DNA of 64,000 nucleotides. It comes from Alphaproteobacteria bacterium (lineage in GTDB: Bacteria > Pseudomonadota > Alphaproteobacteria > GCA-2731375). The position numbers and the translations under genes are program-made. The notes beneath the pieces are model-generated. The model worked only from the letters and a program-made list of their open reading frames with translations, made no database searches and was not told where the DNA came from. Position 1 is the first letter of the stretch. Each line of letters starts with the position of its first letter. Shown in pieces: positions 40,273 through 52,754 of the stretch. The DNA is taken from positions 2,720,001 through 2,784,000 of the forward strand of contig CBDDPY010000002.1 of the NCBI GenBank assembly GCA_965232515.1. The letters run 5' to 3'.

Positions 40273-41658
40273 ATGACCGCCTTGCCAGACGCGCTATCCA
40301 CGAATTCGCAAATCGTCGCCGACTACTGCGCCAAGACGCCCGCCTCCGCGAAGCTCGCCGCAGAGGCGCACGAGCTGTTTCCGAGCGGCGTCACGCATGA
40401 CGGCCGCTATCTGGAGCCCTACGGCATCTACGTGACGCGGGGCGAAGGCGCCTACAAGTGGGACGTCGACGGCAATCGCTACATCGATTTCTTCGGCGGC
40501 CACGGCGCATTGCTGCTGGGGCACAACCGGCCGGAGGTGGTCGCCGCGGTGCAGGCGGCGCTGCAGGACGGCACGCATTTCGGCGCCAACCAGGAACGCG
40601 AAGTGCGCTGGGCGCAGCTGGTCAAGCAGCTGATCCCGAGCGCCGAGCGGGTCCGCTTCACTTCATCCGGCACCGAGGCAACCCACATGGCGCTGCGGCT
40701 CGCGCGCGCCTTCACCGGCCGGCGTCAGGTGATCCGTCTGAAGACCCACTTCCACGGCTGGCACGACCATATGACGTCCGGCTACAACAGCCACTTCAGC
40801 GGCGAGCCGACGGTCGGCGTGCTGCCCGGCGTCGCCGAAGGCGTGGTGTTGTTGCCGCCGAACGATCTCGACGCGGTGGCCGCGGCGCTGGAAGCGAACA
40901 GCGACATCGCGGCGATGATCCTGGAGCCGACCGGCGGCAGCTTCGGCATGGTGCCGGTCAGCGGCGAATACCTGCAGGGCCTGCGCGAGCTGACGCAGAC
41001 GCATGGCGTGCTGCTGATCTTCGACGAGGTGGTGACGGGCTTCCGGGTGTCGCGCGGCGGGGCGCAGGCGCACTACGGCGTGACACCCGATATGACCACG
41101 CTGGCAAAGATCCTGGCCGGCGGGCTGCCGGGCGGGGCCGTCGTCGGCCGCAAGGACATTCTGGATACGCTCGACTTCGCGGCCACCCGGGAACAGGGAC
41201 GCGAGAAGATCGCCCACCCCGGCACCTTCAACGCCAACCCGGTCTCGGCCGCGGCCGGCATCGCCGCGCTGCAGATCATCGCCGATACCGATGCCTGCGA
41301 GCGGGCGAACGCGCTCGCCGCGTCGCTGCGGCGCAAGCTGAACGCGGTGCTGGAGGAAGAGAAGGTCGGCTGGGCCGTCTACGGCACCTTCTCCGGCTTC
41401 CACATCTTCACCAATCCGAAGGGCGGCGCGGTCTCGCCGGCGACCTTCGATCCTTCCGATTATTCATTCGACGAGCTGAAAACGAACCCGCCCGGACTCG
41501 TGAATAAATTCCGGATCGCGATGTTGCTCAATGGCGCCGATTTCAGCGCCTGGCCGGGCGGTCTGCTGTCCGCCGCCCATACCGAGGAGGACCTGGACGA
41601 GGCGGCGGAGGGCTTTCGCCAAGTGTTGCGAATGCTTCGCAAGGAAGATGAAATCTGA
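40273..41658 (+). CDS. Class III aminotransferase (glutamate-1-semialdehyde aminomutase-like)
   Basis: WDVDGNRYID, SGTEAT, FHGWHD, LIFDEVVTGFR, LAKILAGGLP (PLP Lys), GTFNANP. Confidence 0.9.
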   Translation: MTALPDALSTNSQIVADYCAKTPASAKLAAEAHELFPSGVTHDGRYLEPYGIYVTRGEGAYKWDVDGNRYIDFFGGHGALLLGHNRPEVVAAVQAALQDGTHFGANQEREVRWAQLVKQLIPSAERVRFTSSGTEATHMALRLARAFTGRRQVIRLKTHFHGWHDHMTSGYNSHFSGEPTVGVLPGVAEGVVLLPPNDLDAVAAALEANSDIAAMILEPTGGSFGMVPVSGEYLQGLRELTQTHGVLLIFDEVVTGFRVSRGGAQAHYGVTPDMTTLAKILAGGLPGGAVVGRKDILDTLDFAATREQGREKIAHPGTFNANPVSAAAGIAALQIIADTDACERANALAASLRRKLNAVLEEEKVGWAVYGTFSGFHIFTNPKGGAVSPATFDPSDYSFDELKTNPPGLVNKFRIAMLLNGADFSAWPGGLLSAAHTEEDLDEAAEGFRQVLRMLRKEDEI

Positions 41659-41882
41659 CGTCGGACCAAATTCTCGCAAGACGCCAAAGATCAACGCGAA
41701 CACGCCAAGGGCAATCTAGGGATTTTTCCCTTTTTTGACTTCGCTTCGACATGGGAAACCACCGGCGTTATCTGTTAATTAATCGGCGTCAGAGACAGTC
41801 AAACCGGGGGCATTCTCGGTTTTAACCTGAGATCTCCGGCCGACTGTCCGGTCCCCGGCGATCGATCGGGAACGGTGGGCAT

Positions 41883-44177
<2,295 letters not shown>

Positions 44178-44225
44178 TAACGGTCGCGGCGGGCGATCGC
44201 CCGCCGCGGACGCGCGAGGCATCAA

Positions 44226-45389
44226 ATGCGGCGTAGCGAAGAACGTATCCTGACCACGCACGCCGGCAGCCTGCCGCGACCACCGGCCCTTGTACGCCTG
44301 TATGCCCGCCGCGCCCACGGCGAGCCGATCGACTCCGACGAGCTGGATACGGCCGGACGGGCGGCGACCGCCTGGGTGGTGCCGAAGCAGATCGAGGCCG
44401 GCATCGATATCGGCAACAACGGCGAGCAGCAGCGCGAGGGCTTCTTCCTCTATGTGCAGCACCGTATGACCGGCTTCGCCGGCCAATGGCGCCGCCGCGT
44501 GCTGCAGGACGTCGCCCGCTATCCGGTCTATCGGGCGCAGCGCGAGCGCCAAGCCGCGGATCTCACTGCCGTCAGCAACTTCGATCCGCCGACCGCCGTC
44601 GGCGCCGTTGAATACGTCGACCCGGCCGCGGTGCAGGCCGAATGCGACGACTTCGCCCGCGTGCTGACCGAGATCGATGGCTGCTTTGCCGAAGCCTTCC
44701 TGACGGCGCCCTCGCCCGGGATCGTCGCGGCCGCCATGCGCAACGACTATTACGACAGCGAGACGGCCTATCTCGACGCGCTGGCCGATGCCTTGCAGGT
44801 CGAGTACCGGGCGATCGTCGAGCGTGGCTTCGTGCTGCAGCTCGACTGTCCCGACCTGGCGCTGGAGCGGCATCTCTCCTATCAGGACCGGCCGCTCGCC
44901 GATTTCATCGGCTTCATCGAACGCGTGGTAACGTCGATCAATCGGGCCATCGCCGGCCTGCCACGCGACCGCATCCGACTGCATGTCTGCTGGGGCAACT
45001 ACGAAGGCCCGCACGACAACGACGTGCCGCTGGCGGAGATCCTGCCGGCAATCCGGCAGGCCGATGTCGGCGGCTTCGTGCTGCCGTTCGCCAATCCGCG
45101 GCATGCCCACGAATACCGCTGCTTTGCCGACGCGCGGCTTGACGACGATCAGGTGCTGGTCGCCGGCGTGATCGATACGTTGACGAACTTCGTCGAGCAT
45201 CCGCAAGTGGTGGCCGACCGGATCGAGCGCATCGCCCGGTCGGTCGGCGATCCGACCCGCGTCATCGCCGGCACGGATTGCGGCTTCGACACCTCGGCCG
45301 GCATGGGCCGCGTCGCCGAGGACGTGGTCTGGGCAAAGCTACGAAGCCTGCGTGACGGCGCCGCCATCGCCAGCCAACGCCTGTTCTGA
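44226..45389 (+). CDS. Cobalamin-independent methionine synthase II family (MetE C-terminal-like) protein
   Basis: ILTTHAGSLPRP, LQLDCPDLA, LHVCWGNYEGPH, GVIDT..VEHP, GTDCGF. Confidence 0.88.
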   Translation: MRRSEERILTTHAGSLPRPPALVRLYARRAHGEPIDSDELDTAGRAATAWVVPKQIEAGIDIGNNGEQQREGFFLYVQHRMTGFAGQWRRRVLQDVARYPVYRAQRERQAADLTAVSNFDPPTAVGAVEYVDPAAVQAECDDFARVLTEIDGCFAEAFLTAPSPGIVAAAMRNDYYDSETAYLDALADALQVEYRAIVERGFVLQLDCPDLALERHLSYQDRPLADFIGFIERVVTSINRAIAGLPRDRIRLHVCWGNYEGPHDNDVPLAEILPAIRQADVGGFVLPFANPRHAHEYRCFADARLDDDQVLVAGVIDTLTNFVEHPQVVADRIERIARSVGDPTRVIAGTDCGFDTSAGMGRVAEDVVWAKLRSLRDGAAIASQRLF

Positions 45390-46307
45390 GCCCGACGGCG
45401 GCCGGGCCGCCCAGCACGGGTGCTCGCCCAAGCGGTGGGCCAGGAAATCAACGAACGCCCGGACCTTGGCCGACAGGTGCCGGTTGTGGGGATACAGCGC
45501 GTAGATGCCTGGCGCGGCATCGCGGAACTCGCCCAACACCTGTTTCAGAGCACCGGACCGAAGGTCCTGCCAGACGATGAACATGGGCAGGCGCGCCAGC
45601 CCGACTCCGCCGAGCGCGGCGTGGCGCAGGATATCGCCATTGTTCGCGCGGACGCTGCCTTTCGGCCGGAACGTGCGCGGGCCGTCGGGACCCTGGAACC
45701 GCCACTCCACCACCGGCCCGGCCTGGCTGTAGGCCAGGCAGTTGAAGCGCGAGAGATCGTCGATGCTGGCCGGCACGCCATGCGCCTCGAGGTAGGACGG
45801 GGCGCCGCAGACCACCAGCTCGGCCGAGCCGAGGCGCCGCGCCACCAGGCTCGAATCCGCCAGCCTGCCGATGCGGATGACGACGTCATAGCCCTCGTCG
45901 ATGACGTCCACGAAGCGGTCGTTGACGGTGATGTCGACATCGAGGTCGGGATAGCAGGCGAGGAATTCGGGGATCATGGGCGCCAGCTGGAGAAAGCCGA
46001 AGGAGACCGGCGCGTTGACTTTCAGGCCGCCGCGCGGCTCGGCGTGCAGGCGGCTGACGGAAAGCTCGGCCTCGTGCACCTGCTCGGTGATCTGCCGACA
46101 CCAGGCGTAGTAACCCTCGCCCACTTCCGTGACGCTGAGCCGCCGCGTCGTCCGGTTCAACAGCCGCGCGCCCAGCCGGTCCTCGAGCGCGCTGACCTGC
46201 TTGCTGACGGCGGATTTCGAAAGTCCGAGCTGCCGTGCCGCCTCGGAAAAACTGCCGGTTTCGACGACGCGCGAGAACACTTCCATACCGCCGAGGCGAT
46301 CCATCAT
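45339..46307 (-). CDS. LysR family transcriptional regulator (CrgA-like)
   Basis: GSFSEAARQLG..AVSKQV..LE..LGARLLNRTTR, DVVIRIG, LSAKVRAFVDF. Confidence 0.93.
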   Translation of the reverse strand: MMDRLGGMEVFSRVVETGSFSEAARQLGLSKSAVSKQVSALEDRLGARLLNRTTRRLSVTEVGEGYYAWCRQITEQVHEAELSVSRLHAEPRGGLKVNAPVSFGFLQLAPMIPEFLACYPDLDVDITVNDRFVDVIDEGYDVVIRIGRLADSSLVARRLGSAELVVCGAPSYLEAHGVPASIDDLSRFNCLAYSQAGPVVEWRFQGPDGPRTFRPKGSVRANNGDILRHAALGGVGLARLPMFIVWQDLRSGALKQVLGEFRDAAPGIYALYPHNRHLSAKVRAFVDFLAHRLGEHPCWAARPPSGSEQALAGDGGAVTQAS

Positions 46308-46436
46308 CCCACTCCGATCGTTTCCAATTGAGCGACAGTATTGTGATTTTCGAGCCTATTGGCAACCAATCGATGACCGCCCATCTTTCGGTTAACGAAG
46401 CAACCCCCAGATACCACCAGACATGGAGCAAAGGAG

Positions 46437-47135
46437 ATGTTGCGTATCCGTCCTGGCGCCGAGCGCGGCGTCGCGCGGCTGGACTGGCTCGACAGCCGGC
46501 ACAGCTTCTCGTTCGGCCACTATTACGACCCTCGGCATATGGGCTTCCGCGACCTGCGGGTGATCAACGACGACCGGGTCGCGCCGCAAACCGGCTTCGG
46601 CACGCACGGCCACAGGGATATGGAGATCGTGACCTATGTGCTGGACGGCAAGGTGGCGCACCGGGATACGCTCGGCAACGAGGGCGTGATCCGTGCCGGC
46701 GAGGTGCAGCGCATGAGCGCCGGCACCGGGGTCGAGCATAGCGAGCTGAACCCGTCGGCGGATGAGACCGCCCGCTTCCTGCAGATCTGGATCCTGCCGA
46801 ACGCGGCCGGACTGAGACCGGGCTACGACCAGATCGCCGTGCCGGCGGCCGAGAAGCGGAACCGCCTGCGCCGGATCGTCTCGCCCAATGGCGGCGACGG
46901 GGCGCTGTCGATCAATCAGGACGTCAGCATCTATGCCGGCACGCTCGATGCGGGCGCAGGCCTGACGCATGACCTGTCGCCCGACCGGCATGCCTGGCTG
47001 CAAGTCGCCAAGGGCAGCCTGCGGCTCAACGACCAATTGCTGAGCGAAGGCGACGGCGTCGCCATCAGCGAAACGGACAGCCTGACTCTTGTCGGCGAGA
47101 CGCCGGCCGAGTTCCTGCTGTTCGACCTCAACTAG
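46437..47135 (+). CDS. Pirin family protein (YhhW-like)
   Basis: [52 protein letters not shown]. Confidence 0.93.
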   Translation: MLRIRPGAERGVARLDWLDSRHSFSFGHYYDPRHMGFRDLRVINDDRVAPQTGFGTHGHRDMEIVTYVLDGKVAHRDTLGNEGVIRAGEVQRMSAGTGVEHSELNPSADETARFLQIWILPNAAGLRPGYDQIAVPAAEKRNRLRRIVSPNGGDGALSINQDVSIYAGTLDAGAGLTHDLSPDRHAWLQVAKGSLRLNDQLLSEGDGVAISETDSLTLVGETPAEFLLFDLN

Positions 47136-47164
47136 CCCAACCGATCCCGTCAAAGGAGTGTGTG

Positions 47165-47761
47165 ATGACCAAGGTACTGGTGCTGTACTACAGCATGTAT
47201 GGCCATATCGAGACGATGGCGAACGCCGTGGCCGAGGGCGCCCGCGAGGCCGGCGCCGAGGTAACCGTCAAGCGTGTGCCGGAGCTGATGACCGAGGACC
47301 GGGCGCGCGCCGCCGGCGCCAAGCTGGATCAGGCGGCGGAGATCGCCGAACCGTCCGAGCTTGGCGACTATGACGCCGTGATCTTCGGGACGCCGACCCG
47401 GTTCGGCAACATGGCGGCGCAGATGCGCAACTTCCTGGATCAGACCGGCAAGCTGTGGATGGACGGCAAACTGGTCGGCAAGGTCGGCAGCGTGTTCGCT
47501 TCGACCGGCACCGGCGGCGGCAACGAGACCACGGTCAGTTCGTTCCACACGACGCTGTTCCATCACGGCATGGTCGTGGTCGGCCTGCCCTACGCGGCGC
47601 CGGAGCTGACCGACATTTCCGAGACCCGGGGCGGATCGCCGCTGGGCGCCGCCACCATCGCCGGCGCCGACGGCAGCCGACAGCCGAGCGAGAAGGAGCT
47701 GTCGCTCGCCCGCTTCCAGGGCCGGCACGTGGCGCAGATCGCCGCGAAGCTCGCGGCCTGA
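47165..47761 (+). CDS. wrbA: NAD(P)H:quinone oxidoreductase WrbA
   Basis: [46 protein letters not shown]. Confidence 0.95.
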   Translation: MTKVLVLYYSMYGHIETMANAVAEGAREAGAEVTVKRVPELMTEDRARAAGAKLDQAAEIAEPSELGDYDAVIFGTPTRFGNMAAQMRNFLDQTGKLWMDGKLVGKVGSVFASTGTGGGNETTVSSFHTTLFHHGMVVVGLPYAAPELTDISETRGGSPLGAATIAGADGSRQPSEKELSLARFQGRHVAQIAAKLAA

Positions 47762-47784
47762 CCGCGAACGCCAAACACGTGACG

Positions 47785-47816
47785 ACGGGGGCGCCGCAGA
47801 ACGGCGCCCCCGTTTC
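47785..47816 (+). terminator. Stem-loop terminator after wrbA
   Basis: ACGGGGGCGCCG-CAGAA-CGGCGCCCCCGT followed by a short T run. Confidence 0.6.
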
Positions 47817-47855
47817 GTGTTAGTCTTGCCGCCGCCGATCTTCGGGAGGAATGCC

Positions 47856-48839
47856 ATGCACATCTGCATCGTCGGCGGCGGCGGCATGGGCTCGCTCTAT
47901 GGCGGCCTGCTGGCGCGCAGCGGGGTCGAGGTGACGCTGCTCGACACCTGGGCCGAGCATATGGCGGCGATCAAGACGGATAGCCTGCACCTCGACGGCA
48001 TTACCGGCGATCTTCGCATCACGCTCAACACCGCGACGACGGCGGCCGATGTGTCACCGGCCGACATCGCCTTCATTCAGGTCAATACCTACGCGACGCG
48101 CGACGCCGCCGAGAGCGCGAAGGCCGTGCTGAAGGACGACGGCTATGCCATCACCCTGCAGAACGGCATCGGCAACCTGGAGCAGATGCGCGACGTCCTG
48201 GGCGATGCGCGCGTGCTGGGCGGCCTGAGCTATCACAGCGCCGCGGTCCTTGGGCCCGGCCGTGTCAGCCATACGCATGCCGGCCCAACCTGGCTCGGCG
48301 AGCTCGACGGCAGCCGGACGCCGCGCCTGACGGCGCTGGACGAGACGCTCAAAGCGGCCGGTTTCGCGCCAGTCATCGTCGGCGACATCGTCGCCTATAT
48401 CTGGAACAAGTTCATCCACAACAGCGCCATCAACCCGATCTGCGCCGTGACCGGCCTGCGCGTCGGCGAGATTCCGCTGACCCCGTCGGCCGACGCGCTG
48501 CAGACCAAGATCGTCGAGGAGGCGCTGGCGGTGGTCGCGGCCAAGGGCGTGACGCTGCCCGACGACGACCCCATGCAGACCATCAAGGACTTCTGCAAGC
48601 CGAAGTTCAACAAGCCGTCGATGCTGCAGCACATCGAGCAAGGCAAGCGCACCGAGGTCGAGGCCCTGAATGGCGCCATCGTGCGCGAGGGTGAGGCGCT
48701 GGGCATTCCGACGCCCTACAACCAGGCGCTCGCCTGGATGGTGCAGGCGATCGAGACCCAAAGCCGGCCCGAACGGTTGGGCGCGCCGGTGGACTATGAC
48801 GCGCTCGAAGCCGAACTGCGCGCCGCCGCCTTGCAATAG
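47856..48839 (+). CDS. Ketopantoate reductase (ApbA/PanE) family protein
   Basis: GGGGMGSLYG, TLQNGIG, IWNK...N, SMLQH..GKRTEVEALNG, IPTPYN. Confidence 0.9.
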   Translation: MHICIVGGGGMGSLYGGLLARSGVEVTLLDTWAEHMAAIKTDSLHLDGITGDLRITLNTATTAADVSPADIAFIQVNTYATRDAAESAKAVLKDDGYAITLQNGIGNLEQMRDVLGDARVLGGLSYHSAAVLGPGRVSHTHAGPTWLGELDGSRTPRLTALDETLKAAGFAPVIVGDIVAYIWNKFIHNSAINPICAVTGLRVGEIPLTPSADALQTKIVEEALAVVAAKGVTLPDDDPMQTIKDFCKPKFNKPSMLQHIEQGKRTEVEALNGAIVREGEALGIPTPYNQALAWMVQAIETQSRPERLGAPVDYDALEAELRAAALQ

Positions 48840-48903
48840 CATCAGGGCTGCCTAGGTTAGCCATGCCGACAGGCGAACCGTTCGGACAGATGGGCAGACA
48901 CAC

Positions 48904-49521
48904 TTGAGCGCCAATCCCAAGCCGGCCCCCACGGCGCATTTTCTGGAAATGTATCCCGACACCTTCAGCCGGGATTTCTGCGAGTCGCTGATCGCCCGCT
49001 TCGAGGCCGATCCGCGCAAGGAAGCGAGCCGGACGGCGGTGCGGGTCAATCCCAAGGTACGCACGGGGACCATGCTGAGCCCGCAGCACATCTCGGAATG
49101 GAAGGACGTGATCGAGGAAGTCGAACGCGCGACCTACAGGAACATCGAGGCCTATGCCGAGAAGTATCCGAGCCTGATGTTTCTGATCAAGCCGGAGAAC
49201 TCCTATGTCACGGCGCCCCTGATGGAACGCATCGGCCCGGGACAGGGCTATTCGTTCCATATCGACGCCGGCCCCTGGGGCTCGCACGACCGGCTGCTGT
49301 CGACGATCACCTATCTCCGCGACGTCGAGGACGGCGGCTATACGGAGTTCGCCTTCCAGAATGCCCGTGTGAAGCCGCGGGCGGGCGCCATGCTGATCTT
49401 CCCGCCGTTCTGGACCCACCTGCACCGCGGCGCGCCGCCGGTCCGCGAGGTGAAATACAATCTCACCAACTACCTGGTGCTGTGGCCGAAGGACGATCCG
49501 GACCAGACCACCGTTAGCTGA
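48904..49521 (+). CDS. 2OG-Fe(II) oxygenase superfamily protein
   Basis: FHID (HxD), YLRDVEDGGYTEF, LIFPPFWTHLHRG..KY. Confidence 0.85.
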   Translation: MSANPKPAPTAHFLEMYPDTFSRDFCESLIARFEADPRKEASRTAVRVNPKVRTGTMLSPQHISEWKDVIEEVERATYRNIEAYAEKYPSLMFLIKPENSYVTAPLMERIGPGQGYSFHIDAGPWGSHDRLLSTITYLRDVEDGGYTEFAFQNARVKPRAGAMLIFPPFWTHLHRGAPPVREVKYNLTNYLVLWPKDDPDQTTVS

Positions 49522-50452
49522 AGGCCTGCTTCAGCGCGTCGGCGGCTCTGGCCTGGGCGGTGATGGAATCGTCCAGCATCGGCGCCCACGAGAAGAAACC
49601 GTGGATCATGCCGGGATAGTTCACATGCTCGACGGCATTGCCCGCCTCCCTTAGCCGTTCGGCATAGGCGATGCCGTCGTCGTGCAGCACGTCGCACTCG
49701 GCGGTGACGAGATGCGTCGGCGGCAGACCGTCAAAGCGCGCGGCCTTAATCGGCGAGGCGCGCCAGTCCCCGGCGTCTTCGGGTCCATTGAGGTAATGGT
49801 CGCGGAACCAGTACATGCCCTCGGCGTCCAGCGGTCCGTAGCCCTCGGCATAGCGGGCGTAGGACGGCGTGTCACAGGCGTAGTCGGCGATCGGGTAGAC
49901 CAGCAGCTGCAGGGCGAGCGCCGGGCCGCCGGAGTCGCGCGCGATGAGGGCGACGACGGCGGCAAGATTGGCGCCGGCGCTGTCGCCCCCGACAGCGACC
50001 CGGCTGCCGTCGGCGCCAATGGTGGCGGCATGCGCGGCCAACCAAGCGGTCGCGGCGTAGGAGTCCTCCGCGGCGGCCGGAAACTTGGCCTCAGGCGCCA
50101 TGCGGTAGTCGACGGACGCGACCATGCAGTGCGCGCCTATGCACAGATTGCGGGCGACGGAATCGTGCGTGTCCAGGCTGCCGATGACATGGCCGCCGCC
50201 GTGGAAATAGACCAGCAGCGGCAGCAACCGGTCGCTGTCCTCCGGCCGGTAGAGGCGGACGCGAATGGGACCCGCGGGCCCCGGCACCTCGCGCTGCCAG
50301 ATCCGCGGCACTGGCGTCGGGTCGAGCCCCCGCGCCTTCACGGTCTCCTCCATCTGCACGCGCGCCGCTTCCGGCGACAGCGTGTGCACGGCCGGCAGGT
50401 TCGCCGCCGCCATCTTGTCCAACATGGCCTGTACCTGGGGATGTACCGTCAC
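49514..50452 (-). CDS. HSL-family alpha/beta hydrolase (esterase/lipase)
   Basis: HGGGH oxyanion motif, DYRMAPE, GDSAG, DVLHD, HGF. Confidence 0.92.
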   Translation of the reverse strand: MTVHPQVQAMLDKMAAANLPAVHTLSPEAARVQMEETVKARGLDPTPVPRIWQREVPGPAGPIRVRLYRPEDSDRLLPLLVYFHGGGHVIGSLDTHDSVARNLCIGAHCMVASVDYRMAPEAKFPAAAEDSYAATAWLAAHAATIGADGSRVAVGGDSAGANLAAVVALIARDSGGPALALQLLVYPIADYACDTPSYARYAEGYGPLDAEGMYWFRDHYLNGPEDAGDWRASPIKAARFDGLPPTHLVTAECDVLHDDGIAYAERLREAGNAVEHVNYPGMIHGFFSWAPMLDDSITAQARAADALKQAFS

Positions 50453-50527
50453 GCCCGATCCTCCGACTAGATTCGATGGCGGATCATAGCAACCCGGACG
50501 GAAATGCCATACGGCCGTAGATGGACG

Positions 50528-51877
50528 TCAGACCGCGCGGCTGTGCCGGGCGGCGTCCGGCGCCAGATGGGCATCGAAGACCGACGCGATGGCGCGCGCC
50601 AGCGGCCGGCCGGCGGCGGTGATGCGGAGGTCATTGCCGTCCGTGGCGACGAGACCGTCGGCTCGGAAGGCGTCGAGCCGCATGGTGTCGAAGTCGAGTT
50701 CGCTCGGCGACACGCCATGGGTTCGGCAAACCTCGGTCAGATCGACCTCGAAGTCGCACATCAGCCGTTCGATCACCTCGCCGCGCAGCCGGTCGTCGGC
50801 CGAGCGGACAACGCCCCGGACGGTGGCCAGGCGGCCTTGCTTGATATGTTCGCGATAGTCGCGGGCGGCTGTTGCGTTCTGCACGAAGCCGTCGGGCAGG
50901 CCGCCGATCGCCGACGCACCAAAGCCCAGAACCGTTTCGCAGGCGTCGCTGGTGTAGCCCTGGAAGTTGCGCCGCAGCCGGCCTTGCCGCGCCGCGGCGG
51001 CGAGCTCGCTGTCGCGGCGGGCGAAGTGGTCGATGCCGATCTTGTCGTAGCCAAGGTCCAGCAGCATGTCCTCGGCCAGCGCGAACAACCGCAGCCGCGC
51101 GGCGGCATCGGGCAAACGGTCGGCGTCGATCAGACGCTGGTGCCGCTTCATCCAGGGCACATGGGCATAGCCGAACAGCGCGATCCGGTCGGGCGCCAGG
51201 CGGTGCGCCTGCGCGATGGTGCGCGCGAAGCCGGCCTCGGTCTGGCCCGGCAGGCCGTAGATCAGATCGAAGTTGATGTCGCGCACGCCGATGTCGCGCA
51301 GCAGGGCGACGGCGCGCAGGGTCGTCTCGACGCTCTGGACGCGGTTGATGGCGCGCTGCACGTCCGGATCGAAGTCCTGCACACCGATGCTGGCATGGGT
51401 CAGCCCGATCGGCCGCAGATCCGAGATGTCGGCCGGCCGGGCGATGCGGGGATCGACCTCCAGCGCCAGCACCGCATCGCGACCGACATCGAACCGCGCC
51501 CGCAGACGGTCGACGATGGCAATCAGCCGGTCGGCGCCCAAGGTCATCGGCGTACCGCCGCCCCAATGGATCTGGCCGACGGGCAGCCGGGCCGGCAGAT
51601 GCTCCGCGACCAGATCGATCTCGCGCAGCAGCAGATCGGCATAGGCGTCGGTCGACTGCCGGCGGCGAACCACCTGCATGTTGCAGCCGCAATACCAGCA
51701 GAGCGAATGGCAGAAGGGCACGTGCGCATAGAGCGAAACCGGCGCGTCGGCCGCGAGCCGCGCCAGCCAGTCGGCATAGGCGGCGGGGCCGGTTTCGGCG
51801 GTGAACTGGGCGGCCGTGGGGTAGCTCGTGTACCGCGGCGCCCGGCAGTCGTGCTTCAGGAGCGTCTCGACATCCAT
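50528..51877 (-). CDS. hemN: Oxygen-independent coproporphyrinogen III oxidase
   Basis: PRYTSYPTA, HVPFCHSLCWYCGC radical-SAM motif, WGGGTP, DLIYGLP, IGIDHFA, RRNFQGY. Confidence 0.93.
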   Translation of the reverse strand: MDVETLLKHDCRAPRYTSYPTAAQFTAETGPAAYADWLARLAADAPVSLYAHVPFCHSLCWYCGCNMQVVRRRQSTDAYADLLLREIDLVAEHLPARLPVGQIHWGGGTPMTLGADRLIAIVDRLRARFDVGRDAVLALEVDPRIARPADISDLRPIGLTHASIGVQDFDPDVQRAINRVQSVETTLRAVALLRDIGVRDINFDLIYGLPGQTEAGFARTIAQAHRLAPDRIALFGYAHVPWMKRHQRLIDADRLPDAAARLRLFALAEDMLLDLGYDKIGIDHFARRDSELAAAARQGRLRRNFQGYTSDACETVLGFGASAIGGLPDGFVQNATAARDYREHIKQGRLATVRGVVRSADDRLRGEVIERLMCDFEVDLTEVCRTHGVSPSELDFDTMRLDAFRADGLVATDGNDLRITAAGRPLARAIASVFDAHLAPDAARHSRAV

Positions 51878-51914
51878 GATCCCGGCAAAATCGGCCAAAA
51901 ACCAGCCGAACGCC

Positions 51915-51928
51915 TTGATCGCAATCAA
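51915..51928. promoter_or_regulatory. FNR/FixK box
   Basis: Perfect TTGAT-CGCA-ATCAA (extended CCTTGAT..ATCAAGG) between divergent hemN and hemerythrin genes. Confidence 0.9.
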
Positions 51929-52000
51929 GGGCAGGCACGGTTCGGGGTCCCAGTATGGCCGAGCTGATATGGGCGGATCCGTGCCATTGGGACAGACGAT

Positions 52001-52600
52001 ATGGAACAGGCCATCGAGATCATCCGGAGCGAGCACCGGCGCTTCGCCACCGTCTTGTTCTGCCTGGAAGGACTTCTGAAGGACCAGCAGCGCACGGGCG
52101 CCACGCCGGATGTCGTGCTGCTGGAAACGATCATCGACTATATCGACGGCTTCCTCGACCGCTACCATCACCCGAAGGAGGACGAATATCTGTTTCCGGC
52201 GCTGCAGCAGCGCCATCCGGCCGCCGGCGCGCTTCTGGACCGGCTGCAAGCGCAGCACCGGGAGGGCGAACGCCTGCTTGCCGGCCTGAAGCGGAGCCTG
52301 GCAGATCTGGCAACCGACGGCGCGACAGCGATGTCGCCGCTGCAGGATGCGGCGGCGACCTATATCGCCTTCGAGCGCGACCATGTGCGGATCGAGGAAA
52401 CCGAGTTGATCCCACTGACGGAAAGGCATCTGCTGGCGCGCGACTGGGAATTCATCGAAGCGGCTTTCGCCCGCAATCAGGACCCGCTATTCGGCGACGA
52501 CCGCAAGCGCCGGTTCGACCGGCTGTTCACGAAGATCGTGACCATGGCGCCGGCGCCGCACGGCCTCGGCACCACGCGCGCGGCCGGCAACGGCCGCTGA
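52001..52600 (+). CDS. Hemerythrin (HHE) domain protein
   Basis: IRSEH, HHPKEDEYLF, LQAQH, HVRIEE, DPLFG. Confidence 0.85.
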   Translation: MEQAIEIIRSEHRRFATVLFCLEGLLKDQQRTGATPDVVLLETIIDYIDGFLDRYHHPKEDEYLFPALQQRHPAAGALLDRLQAQHREGERLLAGLKRSLADLATDGATAMSPLQDAAATYIAFERDHVRIEETELIPLTERHLLARDWEFIEAAFARNQDPLFGDDRKRRFDRLFTKIVTMAPAPHGLGTTRAAGNGR

Positions 52601-52634
52601 GATCGGGACCGATAGCCCATTCGAGATGTTTGGA

Positions 52635-52754
52635 GTGGTGGGCCCAGTGGGAAAAGGGCGAACCAGCCCTCCTACGCTAAGGCTTCGGAGGGCACTCCTT
52701 CGCCCAAGGTGCGTTTTCGGGTGGCTTGCCACCCGAAGCCCGCAGGGCGAAGGG
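52635..52754. repeat. tRNA-linked structured repeat element
   Basis: Nested stems GCCCTCC/GGAGGGC, CCTTCGCCC/GGGCGAAGG, TTCGGGTGGC/GCCACCCGAA; GTGGTGGGC at 52635 repeats the tRNA end at 52754. Confidence 0.6.

Noticed and set aside
40273-41658. Calling the aminotransferase hemL
   Set aside because: Lacks the GGVNSPVRA and YQAGTLSGNP signatures; HemL-like paralogue only.
50528-52429. 633-aa N-terminally extended HemN
   Set aside because: Extension is antisense to hemerythrin and crosses the FNR box; the real start is near 51877.
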